From the NCBI GenBank assembly GCA_964016885.1, contig OZ024757.1, positions 24,738,001-24,802,000 on the forward strand: a stretch of DNA of 64,000 nucleotides, in the 5' to 3' direction. The number at the start of each line of letters is the position of its first letter. Position 1 is the stretch's first letter. This document shows, one piece after another, positions 63,855 to 64,000 of the stretch. The DNA is from Eledone cirrhosa. Lineage: Eukaryota. The notes beneath the pieces were generated by a model. That model was not told the DNA's origin. It searched no databases and saw only the letters and a list, made by a program, of their open reading frames with translations. A program made the translations under genes and the position numbers.

Positions 63855-64000
63855 CAAATACACACACACTCACATATATATATACACAAATACACACACA
63901 CACATATATATACATATATAAACATACACACAAACATTCACATACACACACAAATATATACATATGCACACACATACACATATGTGCATGCATGTGTGTG
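63470..64000. repeat. Mixed (CA)n/(TA)n low-complexity tract
   Basis: Direct reading. Confidence 0.92.

Overview
This is eukaryotic, AT- and microsatellite-rich animal DNA. The SINE/RTE/Penelope repeat landscape looks like an octopod cephalopod, which is an inference. One host gene can be reconstructed by hand on the minus strand: a tubby-family gene (TUB/TULP) with 11 well-supported coding exons between 41570 and 11363, plus a probable 51-nt exon at 50579-50629. All junctions are GT-AG, phases fit throughout, and the product is about 450 aa ending in the canonical ...[10 protein letters not shown]. The rest is intronic or downstream DNA. It contains a dead DD37D (maT) Tc1/mariner transposon, many RTE-clade LINE fragments, CR1 and L1/Tx1 fragments, two tRNA-derived SINE families, mariner, hAT and piggyBac MITEs, and several mini/microsatellites. 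The signal not explained by the ORF track is a dense set of short fold-back (inverted-repeat) elements, typically beside (TA)n tracts. Many carry minimal type-I hammerhead ribozyme cores (CTGAnGA-stem II-GAAAC-short palindrome-GTH) from several unrelated families, consistent with Penelope-like retroelement remnants. Some lie in the sense orientation of the tubby pre-mRNA. Nearly all long ORFs in the track are artefacts of low-complexity repeats. Coordinates were counted by eye, so repeat boundaries are approximate.
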